Position numbers and translations under genes: made by a program
Assembly (NCBI GenBank): GCA_965662235.1
Contig: CBFIGY010000034.1
Span: forward strand, 1 to 30,925
Reading direction: 5' to 3'
From: an uncultured bacterium
GTDB lineage: Bacteria; SAR324; NAC60-12
DNA length: 30,925 bases
Shown: positions 17,557 to 28,359 of the stretch, one piece after another
Layout of the letters: each line of letters starts with the position of its first letter
Position numbering within the stretch: the first letter of the stretch is position 1
The notes under the pieces: generated by a model
What the model was told of the DNA's origin: nothing
Databases searched by the model: none
What the model saw: only the letters and a program-made list of their open reading frames with translations

Positions 17557-18882
17557 ATGGCAGATAAGAACCTTACCCGCAGAAATTTGATTAAGGCAGG
17601 CACCGCTGCCTCTGTCGCTGCGGGGTTCCCGACGATTCTCACGGCGGCAAGCCACTCCTTCCGCAATGACCCGGGAAGCAAGCCAAACGTCGTTTTTGGC
17701 TTCAACGTCCCACAGAGTGGCCCCTACGCTGATGAGGGTGCCGATGAGTTGCGCGCGTATCAGCTGGCGGTCAAGCACATCAACGGTGAAGGCGACGGTG
17801 GTCTGCTGAACACCATGAAGCCGCTCTCCCTGAAAGGGAACGGAGTCCTGGGCAAGAAGGTCACCTTTGTGACCGGCGACACCCAGACCAAGTCGGATGC
17901 CGCCCGTGCTTCAGCACGGAAGATGATCGAGTCGGACGGCGCGATCATGATCACCGGCGGTTCCTCCTCGGGAGTGGCCGTGGCGGTGCAGGGGCTCTGC
18001 AACGAAAACAAAGTCATCTTCATGGCAGGCCTGACGCACTCCAACGACACCACCGGTAAGGACAAGAAGCGCTACGGCTTCCGGCACTTCTTCAACGCCT
18101 ATCAGTCTGGGGTGGCTCTGGGTCCGGTGCTCAAGAGCGAGTACGGCACTCAGCGACGTGCGTATCACCTGACCGCCGACTACACCTGGGGCTGGACCCA
18201 GGAGGAGTCGATCAAGAACACCACCGAGGCTCTTGGTTGGGAGACGGTTCAAACCGTCCGCACCCCAGTGGGCGCGGGAGACTTTTCCCAGTACATCACC
18301 CCGGTTCTCAACTCTGGAGCCGACGTCCTCATCCTCAACCACTACGGGAAGGACATGGTCAACTCCCTGAGCCAGGCGATTCAGTTTGGTCTCCGGGACA
18401 AGCAGGTGAATGGCAAGAACTTTGAGATCATTGTTCCGCTGTTCTCCCGCCTCATGGCTCAAGGGGCGGGTGCGAACATCAAGGGCATCTTGGGTTCCAC
18501 CAACTGGAACTGGAAGCTGACCGATCCGGCGTCTCAGGCGTTTGTGAAGTCGTTTGGTCAAGAGTATGGCTTCCCTCCCTCCATGGCTGCGCACACCTGC
18601 TACTGCCAAGCCATCCTCTATGCCAACGCCTGTGAAATGGCAGGGACCTTCAATCCGAAGGGAGTGATCCCGGCGCTGGAGGACTTTGAGTTCGAAGGCA
18701 TGGGGAACGGCAAGACCCTGTACCGCGGATCCGACCACCAGTGCATGAAGAGCGCATTGGTGGTGCGGGGCAACATGAACCCCACCAGCCAGTTCGACCT
18801 CCTCGAGGTGGTTGAAGTGGTGGATCGAGAGACGTTGACCTACGATCCGGCCATCTTCGGAGGAAACCTCGGCCCCATCTGA
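17557..18882 (+). CDS. ABC transporter substrate-binding protein, LivJ/K (PBP1) family, Tat-exported
   Basis: AGGAGA SD, TRRNLIK twin-arginine signal, PQSGPYADEG, GGSSSGVAVAV, ADYTWG, GAGDFSQY. First gene of a Liv-type operon. Confidence 0.92.
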   Translation: MADKNLTRRNLIKAGTAASVAAGFPTILTAASHSFRNDPGSKPNVVFGFNVPQSGPYADEGADELRAYQLAVKHINGEGDGGLLNTMKPLSLKGNGVLGKKVTFVTGDTQTKSDAARASARKMIESDGAIMITGGSSSGVAVAVQGLCNENKVIFMAGLTHSNDTTGKDKKRYGFRHFFNAYQSGVALGPVLKSEYGTQRRAYHLTADYTWGWTQEESIKNTTEALGWETVQTVRTPVGAGDFSQYITPVLNSGADVLILNHYGKDMVNSLSQAIQFGLRDKQVNGKNFEIIVPLFSRLMAQGAGANIKGILGSTNWNWKLTDPASQAFVKSFGQEYGFPPSMAAHTCYCQAILYANACEMAGTFNPKGVIPALEDFEFEGMGNGKTLYRGSDHQCMKSALVVRGNMNPTSQFDLLEVVEVVDRETLTYDPAIFGGNLGPI

Positions 18883-18907
18883 GGCTGACTCTTCCTCTCT
18901 AAAGCCC

Positions 18908-18935
18908 AGGTCGCCTCTTCTTCTGGAGGCGACCT
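18908..18935 (+). other. Intra-operon stem-loop after the SBP gene
   Basis: Perfect 10-bp stem AGGTCGCCTC-N8-GAGGCGACCT. The position is typical of hairpins that stabilise SBP mRNA or partially terminate. Confidence 0.65.
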
Positions 18936-18980
18936 CCTTCGGCTTGGCCGATTCCCCCCGACTCTCTCCCACAAGCTCAC

Positions 18981-20000
18981 ATGGAAGCCATTTTGCTGCA
19001 GGTCCTCAATGGTCTGGACAAGGGCGGAGCCTATGCGCTGATTGCGTTGGGCCTCACACTCGTGTTCGGGACCCTTGGGGTGGTCAACTTTGCCCATGGC
19101 GCTTTGTTCATGCTGGGCGCCTTCTGTGCCGTCAGTGTGCAGAAGCTGCTGACCCTCTCCATGAAAATCAAGGACGAAAGCGTCACCTTCTTTGAGGCCT
19201 TCAAGGAGGTTCCTTATCTCGAAGTCTGGTTTGGAGACACCGGAAAGGTCATCATTGACCTGGCGGTCCCCATTTCCATCCTGGTCTCCATCCCCATCAT
19301 GCTCCTGATTGGACTGGCGATGGAACGCGGGTTGGTCCGTTTCTTCTACAAGCGTACTCACGCCGAACAGATCCTGGTGACGTTCGGACTCGCCATTGTC
19401 GTCCAAGAGATCGTCAAGTCCCTCTATGGCGCCAATCCCATTCCCACCCCTGCCCCTGAAGTGGTTCAAGGCAGCGCTGATGTGGGAGTCTGGATGGGCA
19501 TTGCAGAGAACGTGGTGGTCTACCCCTGGTGGCGTCTGGTCTACCTGCTGTTTGCGCTGTTGGTCGTTTGGGCCGTGTTTGCCTTCCTCAACTACACCAC
19601 TTACGGAATGGTGGTGCGGGCTGGCATGCAGGACCGAGAAACCGTGGGGCTGCTGGGCATCAACATTGAGCGTCGTTTCACCATCGTCTTTGGGCTGGCT
19701 GCCATTGTGGCAGGACTGGCCGGGGTGATGTACGTTCCCATTTTGCCTCCGGACTACCACATGGGCATGGACTTCCTGGTCCTCTCCTTCGTGGTCGTGG
19801 TGGTGGGAGGAATGGGCTCACTGGAAGGCGCGGTGGCAGCAGGGTTCCTGTTGGGAATCCTCCAGTCGTTTGCTTCCATGAATGAAATCAAGAGTCTCCT
19901 TCCCGGAATCGACCAGATCATCATCTACCTGGTAGCAGTGGTGATTCTCTTGGTTCGTCCTCGCGGTTTGCTGGGACGCAAAGGCGTGATGGAGGGGTGA
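18981..20000 (+). CDS. Branched-chain amino acid-type ABC permease (LivH-like)
   Basis: [41 protein letters not shown]. Confidence 0.93.
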   Translation: MEAILLQVLNGLDKGGAYALIALGLTLVFGTLGVVNFAHGALFMLGAFCAVSVQKLLTLSMKIKDESVTFFEAFKEVPYLEVWFGDTGKVIIDLAVPISILVSIPIMLLIGLAMERGLVRFFYKRTHAEQILVTFGLAIVVQEIVKSLYGANPIPTPAPEVVQGSADVGVWMGIAENVVVYPWWRLVYLLFALLVVWAVFAFLNYTTYGMVVRAGMQDRETVGLLGINIERRFTIVFGLAAIVAGLAGVMYVPILPPDYHMGMDFLVLSFVVVVVGGMGSLEGAVAAGFLLGILQSFASMNEIKSLLPGIDQIIIYLVAVVILLVRPRGLLGRKGVMEG

Positions 20001-20001
20001 G

Positions 20002-21156
20002 ATGAAGAATCCGAATGAACTGAAACTGATGGCGATCTTTTCCATCGTCATTCTCACCATGCCCATCTGGCTGACGCCCTTCGGCGCGTCTTATCCGGCG
20101 TTGCTGCAGAAGTTTGCCATCTACGGTCTCTTTGCCGTGGGCTTCAACCTGCTGTTTGGCCTCACGGGCTACCTCTCGTTTGGACACGCCGCCTTCTTGG
20201 GCGTGGGCTCCTATGCGGCCGTCTGGTCGTTCAAGCTGCTGACGATGAACGTTCTTCCGGCAGTGCTCTTTGCGATGGTCCTTTCTGGCGTCTTTGCCGC
20301 CTTGATCGGATACGTCAGCCTACGGCGAACCGGGATCTACTTCTCGATCCTGACCCTGGCCTTTGCGCAGATGTCCTACAACCTCGCGTACTCGGTGCTG
20401 ACACCGATCACCAACGGGGAGACGGGCCTGCAGCTGACGCTGGAAGATCCTCGCATCCTCGATGGTGCCACAGAAGCCGCCGGCCTGCCCTCCACCACGC
20501 TGTTTGGTGTGGACATGAACGGCATGGGCGGGTTCTACTTCTGTGCGGTCATGCTCATCCTCGGGTTCTACGTGGCACTGCGGCTGACGAACTCTCCGTT
20601 CGGTCTGGCCCTCAAGGCCATCAAGTCGAACCAGGTCCGCATGAGCTACACCGGCTTCAACACCCGACCCTACATGCTGACGGTCTTTGTGATCTCCGGC
20701 ATCTATGCGGGTCTTGCCGGAAGCCTTCTGGCCGTCACCGACCCCCTTGCCGGAGCGGAGCGGATGCAGTGGACGGCGTCTGGAGAGGTCGTGCTGATGA
20801 CCATCTTGGGCGGCGTGGGAACCCTCTTTGGACCGCTGCTGGGCGCTGGGCTGATCAAGTACTTTGAGAACATCTTCTCGGCCATCAATGAAAATGACCT
20901 GATGAGCACCTTTGACTTCCTCCCTGACTTCCTGGCGCATCCGCTGGCAGGGCTGCTGGGGCTGTTTGTGGGAGAGGGCTGGCACCTCACCCTGGGAGCA
21001 CTGTTCATGGCCATCGTCATCTTCTTGCCCGGTGGGCTGATGGAAGGCATTGAGAAGCTGTCTAAGCGGATCCGGCGTTCTGCCGTCGGTGACTATCCCT
21101 ATCCACCGGATCTGATCCGCCAGAAAGCCGAAGAGGAGGCTGCCCGCCATGAGTGA
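20002..21156 (+). CDS. Branched-chain amino acid-type ABC permease (LivM-like)
   Basis: [53 protein letters not shown]. Confidence 0.93.
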   Translation: MKNPNELKLMAIFSIVILTMPIWLTPFGASYPALLQKFAIYGLFAVGFNLLFGLTGYLSFGHAAFLGVGSYAAVWSFKLLTMNVLPAVLFAMVLSGVFAALIGYVSLRRTGIYFSILTLAFAQMSYNLAYSVLTPITNGETGLQLTLEDPRILDGATEAAGLPSTTLFGVDMNGMGGFYFCAVMLILGFYVALRLTNSPFGLALKAIKSNQVRMSYTGFNTRPYMLTVFVISGIYAGLAGSLLAVTDPLAGAERMQWTASGEVVLMTILGGVGTLFGPLLGAGLIKYFENIFSAINENDLMSTFDFLPDFLAHPLAGLLGLFVGEGWHLTLGALFMAIVIFLPGGLMEGIEKLSKRIRRSAVGDYPYPPDLIRQKAEEEAARHE

Positions 21157-21919
21157 TTCCCACAACTACGTCCTTGACGTCAATGGCGTCAACAAGAGCT
21201 TTGGCGGACTTCAGGCCCTCAACAACGTGATCCTCCAGGTGGAACGGGGCACGACCCACGCGATCATCGGACCCAACGGGGCCGGGAAGTCCACCCTCCT
21301 CAACGTCTGCATTGGCCGCATTGTTCCGGACACGGGATACGTCAAGTTGAACGGCGAGACGATGACGGGCAAGCAGCCGCATGAGATCAACCAGGCCGGG
21401 ATGGTCCGGGTGTTCCAGACCCCTGAAATCTTCCCCGACCTCTCCATCCTGCAGAATGTGATGATTGCCGCCTTCGCCAAGCGCGACGGGCACTTCACCT
21501 TCAACGGCTTCACCCGCCTGACGGAAGAGGCCGACCTGCAGAAGGAGTGCGAGGTGGTGCTGGAAGACATGAACCTTCAGGACCTGATGCACAACGAAGC
21601 CGGAAGCCTCTCTCGTGGAGACAAACGCCGGATGGAGATTGCCATGTCGCTCATTCAGCGTCCGGAGCTGCTCCTGCTGGACGAGCCCACGGCCGGGATG
21701 TCCCGGATGGACACCAACCGTACCGTTGAGACGCTCCAGCGCATCAAGGCCCGGGGCATGACCAAGGTCATCATTGAGCACGACATGCACGTCGTGTTTT
21801 CCCTGGCTGACAAGATTACGGTGTTGGCCCAAGGGACTGTTATTGCCGAAGGAACCCCGGACGAGATCCGAGGAAATCCGAAAGTTCAGGAAGCTTACCT
21901 TGGAGGAGAACACGAATGA
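21149..21919 (+). CDS. ABC ATPase (LivG-like)
   Basis: [40 protein letters not shown]. Confidence 0.95.
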   Translation: MSDSHNYVLDVNGVNKSFGGLQALNNVILQVERGTTHAIIGPNGAGKSTLLNVCIGRIVPDTGYVKLNGETMTGKQPHEINQAGMVRVFQTPEIFPDLSILQNVMIAAFAKRDGHFTFNGFTRLTEEADLQKECEVVLEDMNLQDLMHNEAGSLSRGDKRRMEIAMSLIQRPELLLLDEPTAGMSRMDTNRTVETLQRIKARGMTKVIIEHDMHVVFSLADKITVLAQGTVIAEGTPDEIRGNPKVQEAYLGGEHE

Positions 21920-22677
21920 GCGACACCACCCTGTCCCCTGCCGATCACGCGGCAGACGAACGCCGGCACCAGTACGCGTTCTTTTCCTGCTGGGACGTCC
22001 ACGCCTACTACGGCGAGAGCTACATTGTTCAAGGCGTGGGTTTTGACATTCGGGAAGGCGAGGTGCTGGCGCTGCTGGGCCGGAACGGGGCCGGCAAGAC
22101 CTCCACGCTCCGGACCATTGCCCGCATGGCAGACCCGCAGCTGAAGCATGGCGAGATCTGGCTCGACCACCAGCCTCTGCATGAGATGCAGTCCTTTCAG
22201 GCCTCCCAGCTGGGCGTTGCCCTGGTTCCAGAAGACCGCCGCATCATCGCCGGACTGACGGTGGAGGAAAACCTGAAGCTGGCTCAGATCGAGCCCCCGC
22301 ATGGCTGGAGCCTAGAGCGGATCTACGAATCGTTCCCCCGCCTCGCGGAGCGTCGCAAGCAGGAGGCCGTGACCATGTCCGGAGGCGAGCAGCAGATGCT
22401 GGCGGTGGCGCGAGCCCTGGCACGTGACATCAAGCTGCTGATGCTTGATGAACCGTATGAGGGGCTGGCCCCGGTCATCCGGGAGGAGATCGCCCGGATT
22501 GTTTCGGACATCCGGGACCTGGGCATTACCACCATCATTGTCGAGCAGGACGCCATGGCCGTCCTCAAGTTCTCCGACCGTGCCATCATCATGGACATGG
22601 GCGAGGTGGTCTTCAATGGCACCGCTGCCGAAGTCCGGGAAAACAAGGAACTGCGCGAGCAGTACCTCGCCGTCTAA
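21916..22677 (+). CDS. ABC ATPase (LivF-like)
   Basis: GRNGAGKT, FPRLAER, MSGGEQQMLA, LDEPYEGLAP, VEQD. Confidence 0.95.
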   Translation: MSDTTLSPADHAADERRHQYAFFSCWDVHAYYGESYIVQGVGFDIREGEVLALLGRNGAGKTSTLRTIARMADPQLKHGEIWLDHQPLHEMQSFQASQLGVALVPEDRRIIAGLTVEENLKLAQIEPPHGWSLERIYESFPRLAERRKQEAVTMSGGEQQMLAVARALARDIKLLMLDEPYEGLAPVIREEIARIVSDIRDLGITTIIVEQDAMAVLKFSDRAIIMDMGEVVFNGTAAEVRENKELREQYLAV

Positions 22678-22684
22678 CCCCTCC

Positions 22685-22706
22685 GAGGCTCGTTCCACCG
22701 AGCCTC
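22685..22706. terminator. Hairpin between convergent livF-like gene and uvrA
   Basis: Perfect 8-bp stem GAGGCTCG-N6-CGAGCCTC in the 39-bp gap. Confidence 0.6.
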
Positions 22707-22716
22707 ATGACGGGCG

Positions 22717-25700
22717 TCAGGCGACGCTCTTCTGAAACGCGGCACCTGGGGCAATGCCCAGCATCGGTCCCAGGAACCGACCCGTCGCGCTGACCTCACA
22801 GCCCACACACGCCTCCGGCGTTCCCTCAAAGAGCAGCTGCCCTCCTTCAACGCCTCCTCCCGGCCCAAGATCGACGATCCAGTCCGCCGTCTTGATGACC
22901 TCAAGGTTGTGCTCAATCATCACCACGGTGTTGCCCTCCTCCACCAGGCGGTGCAGGACCTTCAGCAGGCGGGCCACGTCATCAACATGCAGACCCGTGG
23001 TGGGCTCATCTAGGATGTAAAGCGTCCCGCCCCGGGACCGTTTGGCCAGTTCGGCAGCCAGCTTGATCCGCTGAGCCTCGCCTCCGGAGAAGGTGTGCCC
23101 CGCCTGTCCCAGTTGCATGTAGCCCAGCCCCACTTCCACCAGGGTGTTGAGGATGCGCTTGATCTTGGGCTGCGCGTCAAAGAGCGCCAGGGCGTCAACA
23201 ATCTCCATCTCCAGCACATCCGCAATCGTCTTTCCCCGGTACGTCACCGCGAGGGTTTCACGGTTGAAGCGCTTGCCCTTGCAGGCGTCACACGGAATCC
23301 AGACGTCCGAGAGGAAGTGCATTTCAATCAGGTGAAAGCCCTGCCCCTCGCAGACGGCACACCGGCCTTCACTGGCATTGAAGGAGAAGCGCCGCTTGGT
23401 GAACCCCCGGGCCTTGGCCTCGGGCATGGAGGCAAAGACGTCCCGAATCGGGTCCAGCACCTTGGAGTAAGTGGCCGGATTGGAACGCGGGGTGCGTCCG
23501 ATTGGCTCCTGATCAATCACCATCAGCTGGCTGATGTACTCCACCCCGGTCACCCGCTCGTGCGATCCGACCCGTCCGGCGTTCTTGGTCAGCTTCTGCT
23601 GCACCGCCTTCTGCAGGACATCCACAACCAAGGAGGACTTTCCGGAGCCCGACACACCACTGACGACGGTCAGGGCTTCCAGAGGAAAGGTCGCCGTGAG
23701 GCCCTGAAGGTTGTTCTCTGTTGCACCCTGCACCTTCAACAGACGCTTTGGGTTGAGGGGCCGACGCCGTTCCGGGACTTCAATGCCCCACGCGCCACTG
23801 AGGTACTTTCCGGTCAGAGAATCCTGTTGCTGCACCTGCTCAGGGGTTCCTGCGGCCACTACCTTTCCGCCGTAATGTCCTGCCCCCGGGCCAATTTCCA
23901 ACAGGTGGTCGGCCTGCTGAATGACGTCGAGGTCGTGCTCCACCAGGAGCACGGTGTTGCCCAGGTCCCGGAGGCGCTTGAGGGTCCGGATGAGGCGGTC
24001 TGTGTCCTGAGGGTGCAGGCCGATGGTGGGCTCATCGAGCACATAGAGCACCCCCACCAGTCCGGAACCAATCTGAGAGGCCAGGCGGATGCGCTGCGCC
24101 TCACCTCCAGAAAGCGTGGAGGCCCGCTGATCGAGGGTCAGGTAGTCCAGTCCCACGTTTGCCAGAAATTCCAGGCGAGTCCGGATTTCCTGCAGAGGCT
24201 GCTCGGCGACCAGAGCCTCACTCTCAGAGAGCGTCCACTGTGTCAGCTCCGCCCGGGCTTCCCGGACGCTCAGGCGGCAGAACTGACTGATGTTGCGGTC
24301 ATGGATCCGTACGGCGCGGACTAGGGGCTTGAGGCGTTCTCCCTCGCAGGTTGGGCAGGGCTCGTTGCGGCGTCCTTCCCGGACTCCTAGGCCATCGCAG
24401 GTTGGGCAGGCGCCCACGTGCGAGTTGAAGGAGAACATCCGGGGCGTCAGCTCCTCCTCAAGGAAGAAATCATCGGCCACATCCGCAGGGACCTCTGAGA
24501 GGAACTCGACCTGATTGCGGTCCGGAAAGCGCAGCTTCAGCAACCCGTGTCCCTGCTGGAAGGCCACCTCAAAGGCTTCGGCGAGCCGTTTCTGCTCATC
24601 GGCTTCCACCCGGATCCGGTCCACCACCAGGTCCACGCTGGTGGCACGGGTCAGGCGAGGACGGAGGGATTCGTCCTCCCAGTCTTCCAGCAGAAACGGT
24701 TTGTTGTTCACGGCCAGGCGCACAAATCCTCGTTCCTGCAGCAGGCTGATGACGTTCTTGAGGTGATCCGGACGGTCGAGCAGCAGCGACTTCGAGGAGC
24801 GAGGGAGGAACAGGGGCGCCAGCACCTCCACCCGCTCTTCCGGATACTGAGCAACCACGTACTGCGCAGCGCGCGTGGGCGTGAAGAAGCGCAGGGGACG
24901 TCCGGACTGAGGCGAGTGCGGGGTGCCAATGCGGGCAAAGAGCAGCCGCAGGTAGTCGTAGATTTCCGTGGTGGTGGCGACGGTGGAGCGCGGGTTGCGG
25001 CTCGCGGTCTTCTGGTCAATCGCAATCGCAGGTGCCAAGCCGTCAATGGAGTCCACCGGGGGCTTGTCCATGCGTCCGAGGAAGCGCCGGGCGTAGGTGG
25101 AGAGGGACTCAACGTAGCGCGCCTGCCCTTCGGCAAAGATGGTGTCAAAGGCGAGGCTGGTCTTTCCGGAACCCGACAGGCCGGTGATGACGGTGAGCTG
25201 GTTGCCTGGAATCCGGACGTCGATGTGCCGGAGGTTGTTCTTGGAAGCGCCCTTCACCACGAGGTCCCGCTGCTCGGTCCGGAACCGGTGGACGGGCGAG
25301 GCTTCGGGGGTGGGTGAGGAACCCGTAGGGGAAGACGCCTTCGGGGCCGTTTGCAGGAGCGGCTTGAGGAAGCGTCCGGTCAGGGTTTCCTGAGCGGCCA
25401 CGGCTTCCGGAGTACCGGTGGCCACCACCTGTCCGCCGTACTTGCCACCGCCGGGTCCCAGCTCAATGAGGTGGTCGGCGACCTTGAGCACATCGAGGTT
25501 GTGCTCCACCACCAACACGGTGTTCCCCTGCTCGACCAAGGCGTTGAGGGCCTTGAGGAGGATGCGGATGTCATGGAAGTGCAGGCCGGTGGTCGGTTCA
25601 TCCAGGATGTAAAGCGTCTTGCCGGTGGCCTTCTTGCGCAGCTCGGAAGCCAGCTTCACCCGCTGGGCTTCGCCTCCGGAGAGGGTCGTGGAGGGTTGCC

Positions 25701-28179
25701 CCAGCTTGACGTATCCCAGACCAATGCTCTGCAGCGTCTCCAGAACAGGCAGGATCTTGGGCTGATGCGCAAAGAACTCCACAGCCTCATCCACCGTCAT
25801 TTCCAGCACGTCATAGATGCTCTGGTGCTTGTAACGGACCTGCAGGGTTTCTTGGTTGAAACGCTTGCCCTGGCAGGTGTCACAGGGAATCTGGACGTCT
25901 GCAAGGAACTGCATTTCAATCGTTTGCACGCCGTTCCCCTGACAGTCTTCGCAGCGTCCCCCCTTGACGTTGAAGGAGAAACGCCCCTTTTTGTAGCCCC
26001 GAACCTTGGACTCAGGAAGCGCGGTGAACAGGTCCCGGATCGGGTCCAGCAGCTTGGTGTAGGTTGCAGGGTTGGAGCGAGGCGTCCGACCGATGGGCGC
26101 CTGGTCGATCTCAATCACACGGTCGATGTGCTCCAGCCCGGTGATGCGGTCGTGAGGTCCAGGAACATCGACACTGACGGGAATCAGGTGCTGGGCCAGG
26201 GCTTTCTTGAGGATGCCATCGATGAGGGAGGACTTTCCAGAGCCGGAAACTCCCGCCACGGCGGTGAGGACTCCAAGCGGAAAGTCAACGGTCACGTTTT
26301 GCAGGTTGTTGAGCTGTGCACCGTGTACGGTCAGGCGCTTGTCAGAGAGCGGACGCCGTGTGGTCGGAACCGGAATCTGCTCCCGTCCGGCGAGGAAGCT
26401 CCCGGTCAGCGAGGCCTCTGCCTGGCGGATCTGCTCCACGGAGCCTTCCGCGGTGATGTACCCTCCGTGATTCCCTGCGAGGGGTCCCACGTCCACGAGG
26501 TGGTCGGCGGATTCAATCGTTTCCTCATCATGCTCCACCACCAAAACCGTGTTTCCGCGGTCCCGAAGCTTGTGCAGGGTTCGGATCAGCTTCTGGTTGT
26601 CGCTCTGGTGCAAACCGATGGAGGGCTCATCCAGCACATACAGGACCCCCTGAAGCCCGGCGCCCAGCTGAGACGCCAGCCGGATGCGCTGCCCCTCTCC
26701 ACCGGAGAGCGTGCCGGCAGAGCGGTCAAGCGTCAGGTACCCGACTCCGACATCGGCAAGGAAGCTGAGGCGTTCCCGGATCTCCCGGAACAGGTCACGA
26801 CCGATCTTTTCCTCGGTCTCAGAAAGCCCAAGGGTTTCAAAGAACATCAGCGAGTCTTCAATCGAGGTGCTGGTGAGGTCGATGATGCCTCGTTCATGAA
26901 ACCGGACCGCTCGGGCCATGGCATTGAGGCGTTGTCCGTGACAGGTGGGGCAGGTGGCTGAGTCCTGGTAGCGTTCCAGGGGACCTTTAACAAAGCGGAA
27001 GACGAACTCAAGGAGGGGAATGATGCCCGGCCAGTGTCCGGCTTCAATCTTCTTGCGGAGCTGCCCTGGGAAGCGGAAGACGTTGGAGACGCCGAGCGCC
27101 ACCGTTCCTTGGCCTTCCAGCACCACCTTTTTCTGCTCCGGCGTCAGGTCCCGCCACCGCGCTTTCCACGGAATCCGGAACTTCTTGGCCATCAGCTGCA
27201 GGTGCGACTCGTCAATGCGCGTGAAGGTGAGGTTGCCGTTGATCGTGAAGCACTTGAGGGCTCCACCTTCGAGAGAAAGGTCTGGATCGCAGAGTTTGTT
27301 CTCCACAAACGTGTGGAGGGTGCCGAGTCCGTTGCAGGTTTCACAGGCGCCCTGAGGGGCGTTGAAGGAGAAGAGCCGCGGCTCCATTTCCGGAAGAGCC
27401 ATTTGGCACTTCGGGCAGGCCAGCAGCTGGCTGAAGAGGTGGTCGGTGTCTCGGTAGTGCAGGACGACCAGGCCTTCGGAGAGCTTCAGGGCCTTTTCCA
27501 CACTTTCGGTGAAGCGGCTCTTTTCCTCAGGAACCAGGGTGAGGCGGTCGAGGACCAGTTCAATGGTGTGCTTTTCGTAGCGGGCCAGGGCGATTTCCTC
27601 ATCCAGGCGCCGGATTTCTCCGTCAATGCGGGCCCGGATGTACCCCTCCCGAGCCCAACCGGCGAGCTCCTTGCGGTACTCGCCCTTGCGCTCCCGGATC
27701 ATGGGGGCGAGCACGAGGCAGGCCTCTTCCGCGGCTTCGATAAAGGCGTAGTCGGTGATCTGTTCCGGAGTCTGGGTGGTGATCGGAACCGCGCAGTTCG
27801 GACAGTGCGGGGTGCCCAGTCGGGCAAAGAGCAGGCGCAGGTGGTCGTACACCTCGGTGATGGTTCCGACGGTGGAACGTGGGTTCCGGTTGACCGTCTT
27901 CTGATCCACCGAAATGGTCGGGCTGAGCCCAGCCATGTGCTCCACCTTCGGCTTGTCCATCTGTCCCAAAAACTGCCGGGCGTAGGGCGAAAGGGATTCC
28001 ACAAAGCGGCGCTGGCCTTCCTTGAAAATCGTATCAAATGCCAGCGATGACTTGCCGGACCCGCTCACCCCGGTGAACACGGTGAGGGCATTCCGGGGGA
28101 GGGTCAGGTTGACATTCTTCAGGTTGTGCTCGGCCGCACCGACAATGATCAGTTGCTCAGCCGATTCGCGCTCGCTCAT
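22717..28179 (-). CDS. uvrA: Excinuclease ABC subunit A, double-length (two UvrA units fused)
   Basis: 1820 aa. Four Walker A motifs (GVSGSGKS x3, GLSGSGKT), four signature motifs (LSGGE x3, FSGGE), two copies of SLAFDTIF.EGQ and PIGRTPRSNPATY, and an S/P-rich linker near the middle. Confidence 0.96.
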   Translation of the reverse strand: MSERESAEQLIIVGAAEHNLKNVNLTLPRNALTVFTGVSGSGKSSLAFDTIFKEGQRRFVESLSPYARQFLGQMDKPKVEHMAGLSPTISVDQKTVNRNPRSTVGTITEVYDHLRLLFARLGTPHCPNCAVPITTQTPEQITDYAFIEAAEEACLVLAPMIRERKGEYRKELAGWAREGYIRARIDGEIRRLDEEIALARYEKHTIELVLDRLTLVPEEKSRFTESVEKALKLSEGLVVLHYRDTDHLFSQLLACPKCQMALPEMEPRLFSFNAPQGACETCNGLGTLHTFVENKLCDPDLSLEGGALKCFTINGNLTFTRIDESHLQLMAKKFRIPWKARWRDLTPEQKKVVLEGQGTVALGVSNVFRFPGQLRKKIEAGHWPGIIPLLEFVFRFVKGPLERYQDSATCPTCHGQRLNAMARAVRFHERGIIDLTSTSIEDSLMFFETLGLSETEEKIGRDLFREIRERLSFLADVGVGYLTLDRSAGTLSGGEGQRIRLASQLGAGLQGVLYVLDEPSIGLHQSDNQKLIRTLHKLRDRGNTVLVVEHDEETIESADHLVDVGPLAGNHGGYITAEGSVEQIRQAEASLTGSFLAGREQIPVPTTRRPLSDKRLTVHGAQLNNLQNVTVDFPLGVLTAVAGVSGSGKSSLIDGILKKALAQHLIPVSVDVPGPHDRITGLEHIDRVIEIDQAPIGRTPRSNPATYTKLLDPIRDLFTALPESKVRGYKKGRFSFNVKGGRCEDCQGNGVQTIEMQFLADVQIPCDTCQGKRFNQETLQVRYKHQSIYDVLEMTVDEAVEFFAHQPKILPVLETLQSIGLGYVKLGQPSTTLSGGEAQRVKLASELRKKATGKTLYILDEPTTGLHFHDIRILLKALNALVEQGNTVLVVEHNLDVLKVADHLIELGPGGGKYGGQVVATGTPEAVAAQETLTGRFLKPLLQTAPKASSPTGSSPTPEASPVHRFRTEQRDLVVKGASKNNLRHIDVRIPGNQLTVITGLSGSGKTSLAFDTIFAEGQARYVESLSTYARRFLGRMDKPPVDSIDGLAPAIAIDQKTASRNPRSTVATTTEIYDYLRLLFARIGTPHSPQSGRPLRFFTPTRAAQYVVAQYPEERVEVLAPLFLPRSSKSLLLDRPDHLKNVISLLQERGFVRLAVNNKPFLLEDWEDESLRPRLTRATSVDLVVDRIRVEADEQKRLAEAFEVAFQQGHGLLKLRFPDRNQVEFLSEVPADVADDFFLEEELTPRMFSFNSHVGACPTCDGLGVREGRRNEPCPTCEGERLKPLVRAVRIHDRNISQFCRLSVREARAELTQWTLSESEALVAEQPLQEIRTRLEFLANVGLDYLTLDQRASTLSGGEAQRIRLASQIGSGLVGVLYVLDEPTIGLHPQDTDRLIRTLKRLRDLGNTVLLVEHDLDVIQQADHLLEIGPGAGHYGGKVVAAGTPEQVQQQDSLTGKYLSGAWGIEVPERRRPLNPKRLLKVQGATENNLQGLTATFPLEALTVVSGVSGSGKSSLVVDVLQKAVQQKLTKNAGRVGSHERVTGVEYISQLMVIDQEPIGRTPRSNPATYSKVLDPIRDVFASMPEAKARGFTKRRFSFNASEGRCAVCEGQGFHLIEMHFLSDVWIPCDACKGKRFNRETLAVTYRGKTIADVLEMEIVDALALFDAQPKIKRILNTLVEVGLGYMQLGQAGHTFSGGEAQRIKLAAELAKRSRGGTLYILDEPTTGLHVDDVARLLKVLHRLVEEGNTVVMIEHNLEVIKTADWIVDLGPGGGVEGGQLLFEGTPEACVGCEVSATGRFLGPMLGIAPGAAFQKSVA

Positions 28180-28359
28180 GCAGGGGTTCCACCAGGAGGT
28201 TCATCAGACGTCCCATTGACAGGACAAACGACTCAGTCTGGCACGGAGCCTCAACCTGCTCAAGTTTATGCTGTTTTCTCACGGGTTCCTCACCCCTTCC
28301 TCACCGATTTCCGGCGCGGAAAATTCTCTCTTTTTAGAAGAAACCTCTCGGAAGTTGGG

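Noticed and set aside
23095..28050. Several long plus-strand ORFs (409, 256, 536, 338 aa)
   Set aside because: All are antisense to uvrA and show no recognisable domains.
28186..28202. GTTC...GTTC upstream of uvrA as a LexA box
   Set aside because: The spacer is 9 nt rather than the 7 nt of the alphaproteobacterial box. I saw no CTGT-N8-ACAG or GAAC-N4-GTTC.
28239..28260. TGGCAC as a sigma54 -24 element
   Set aside because: No TTGC at the required spacing.
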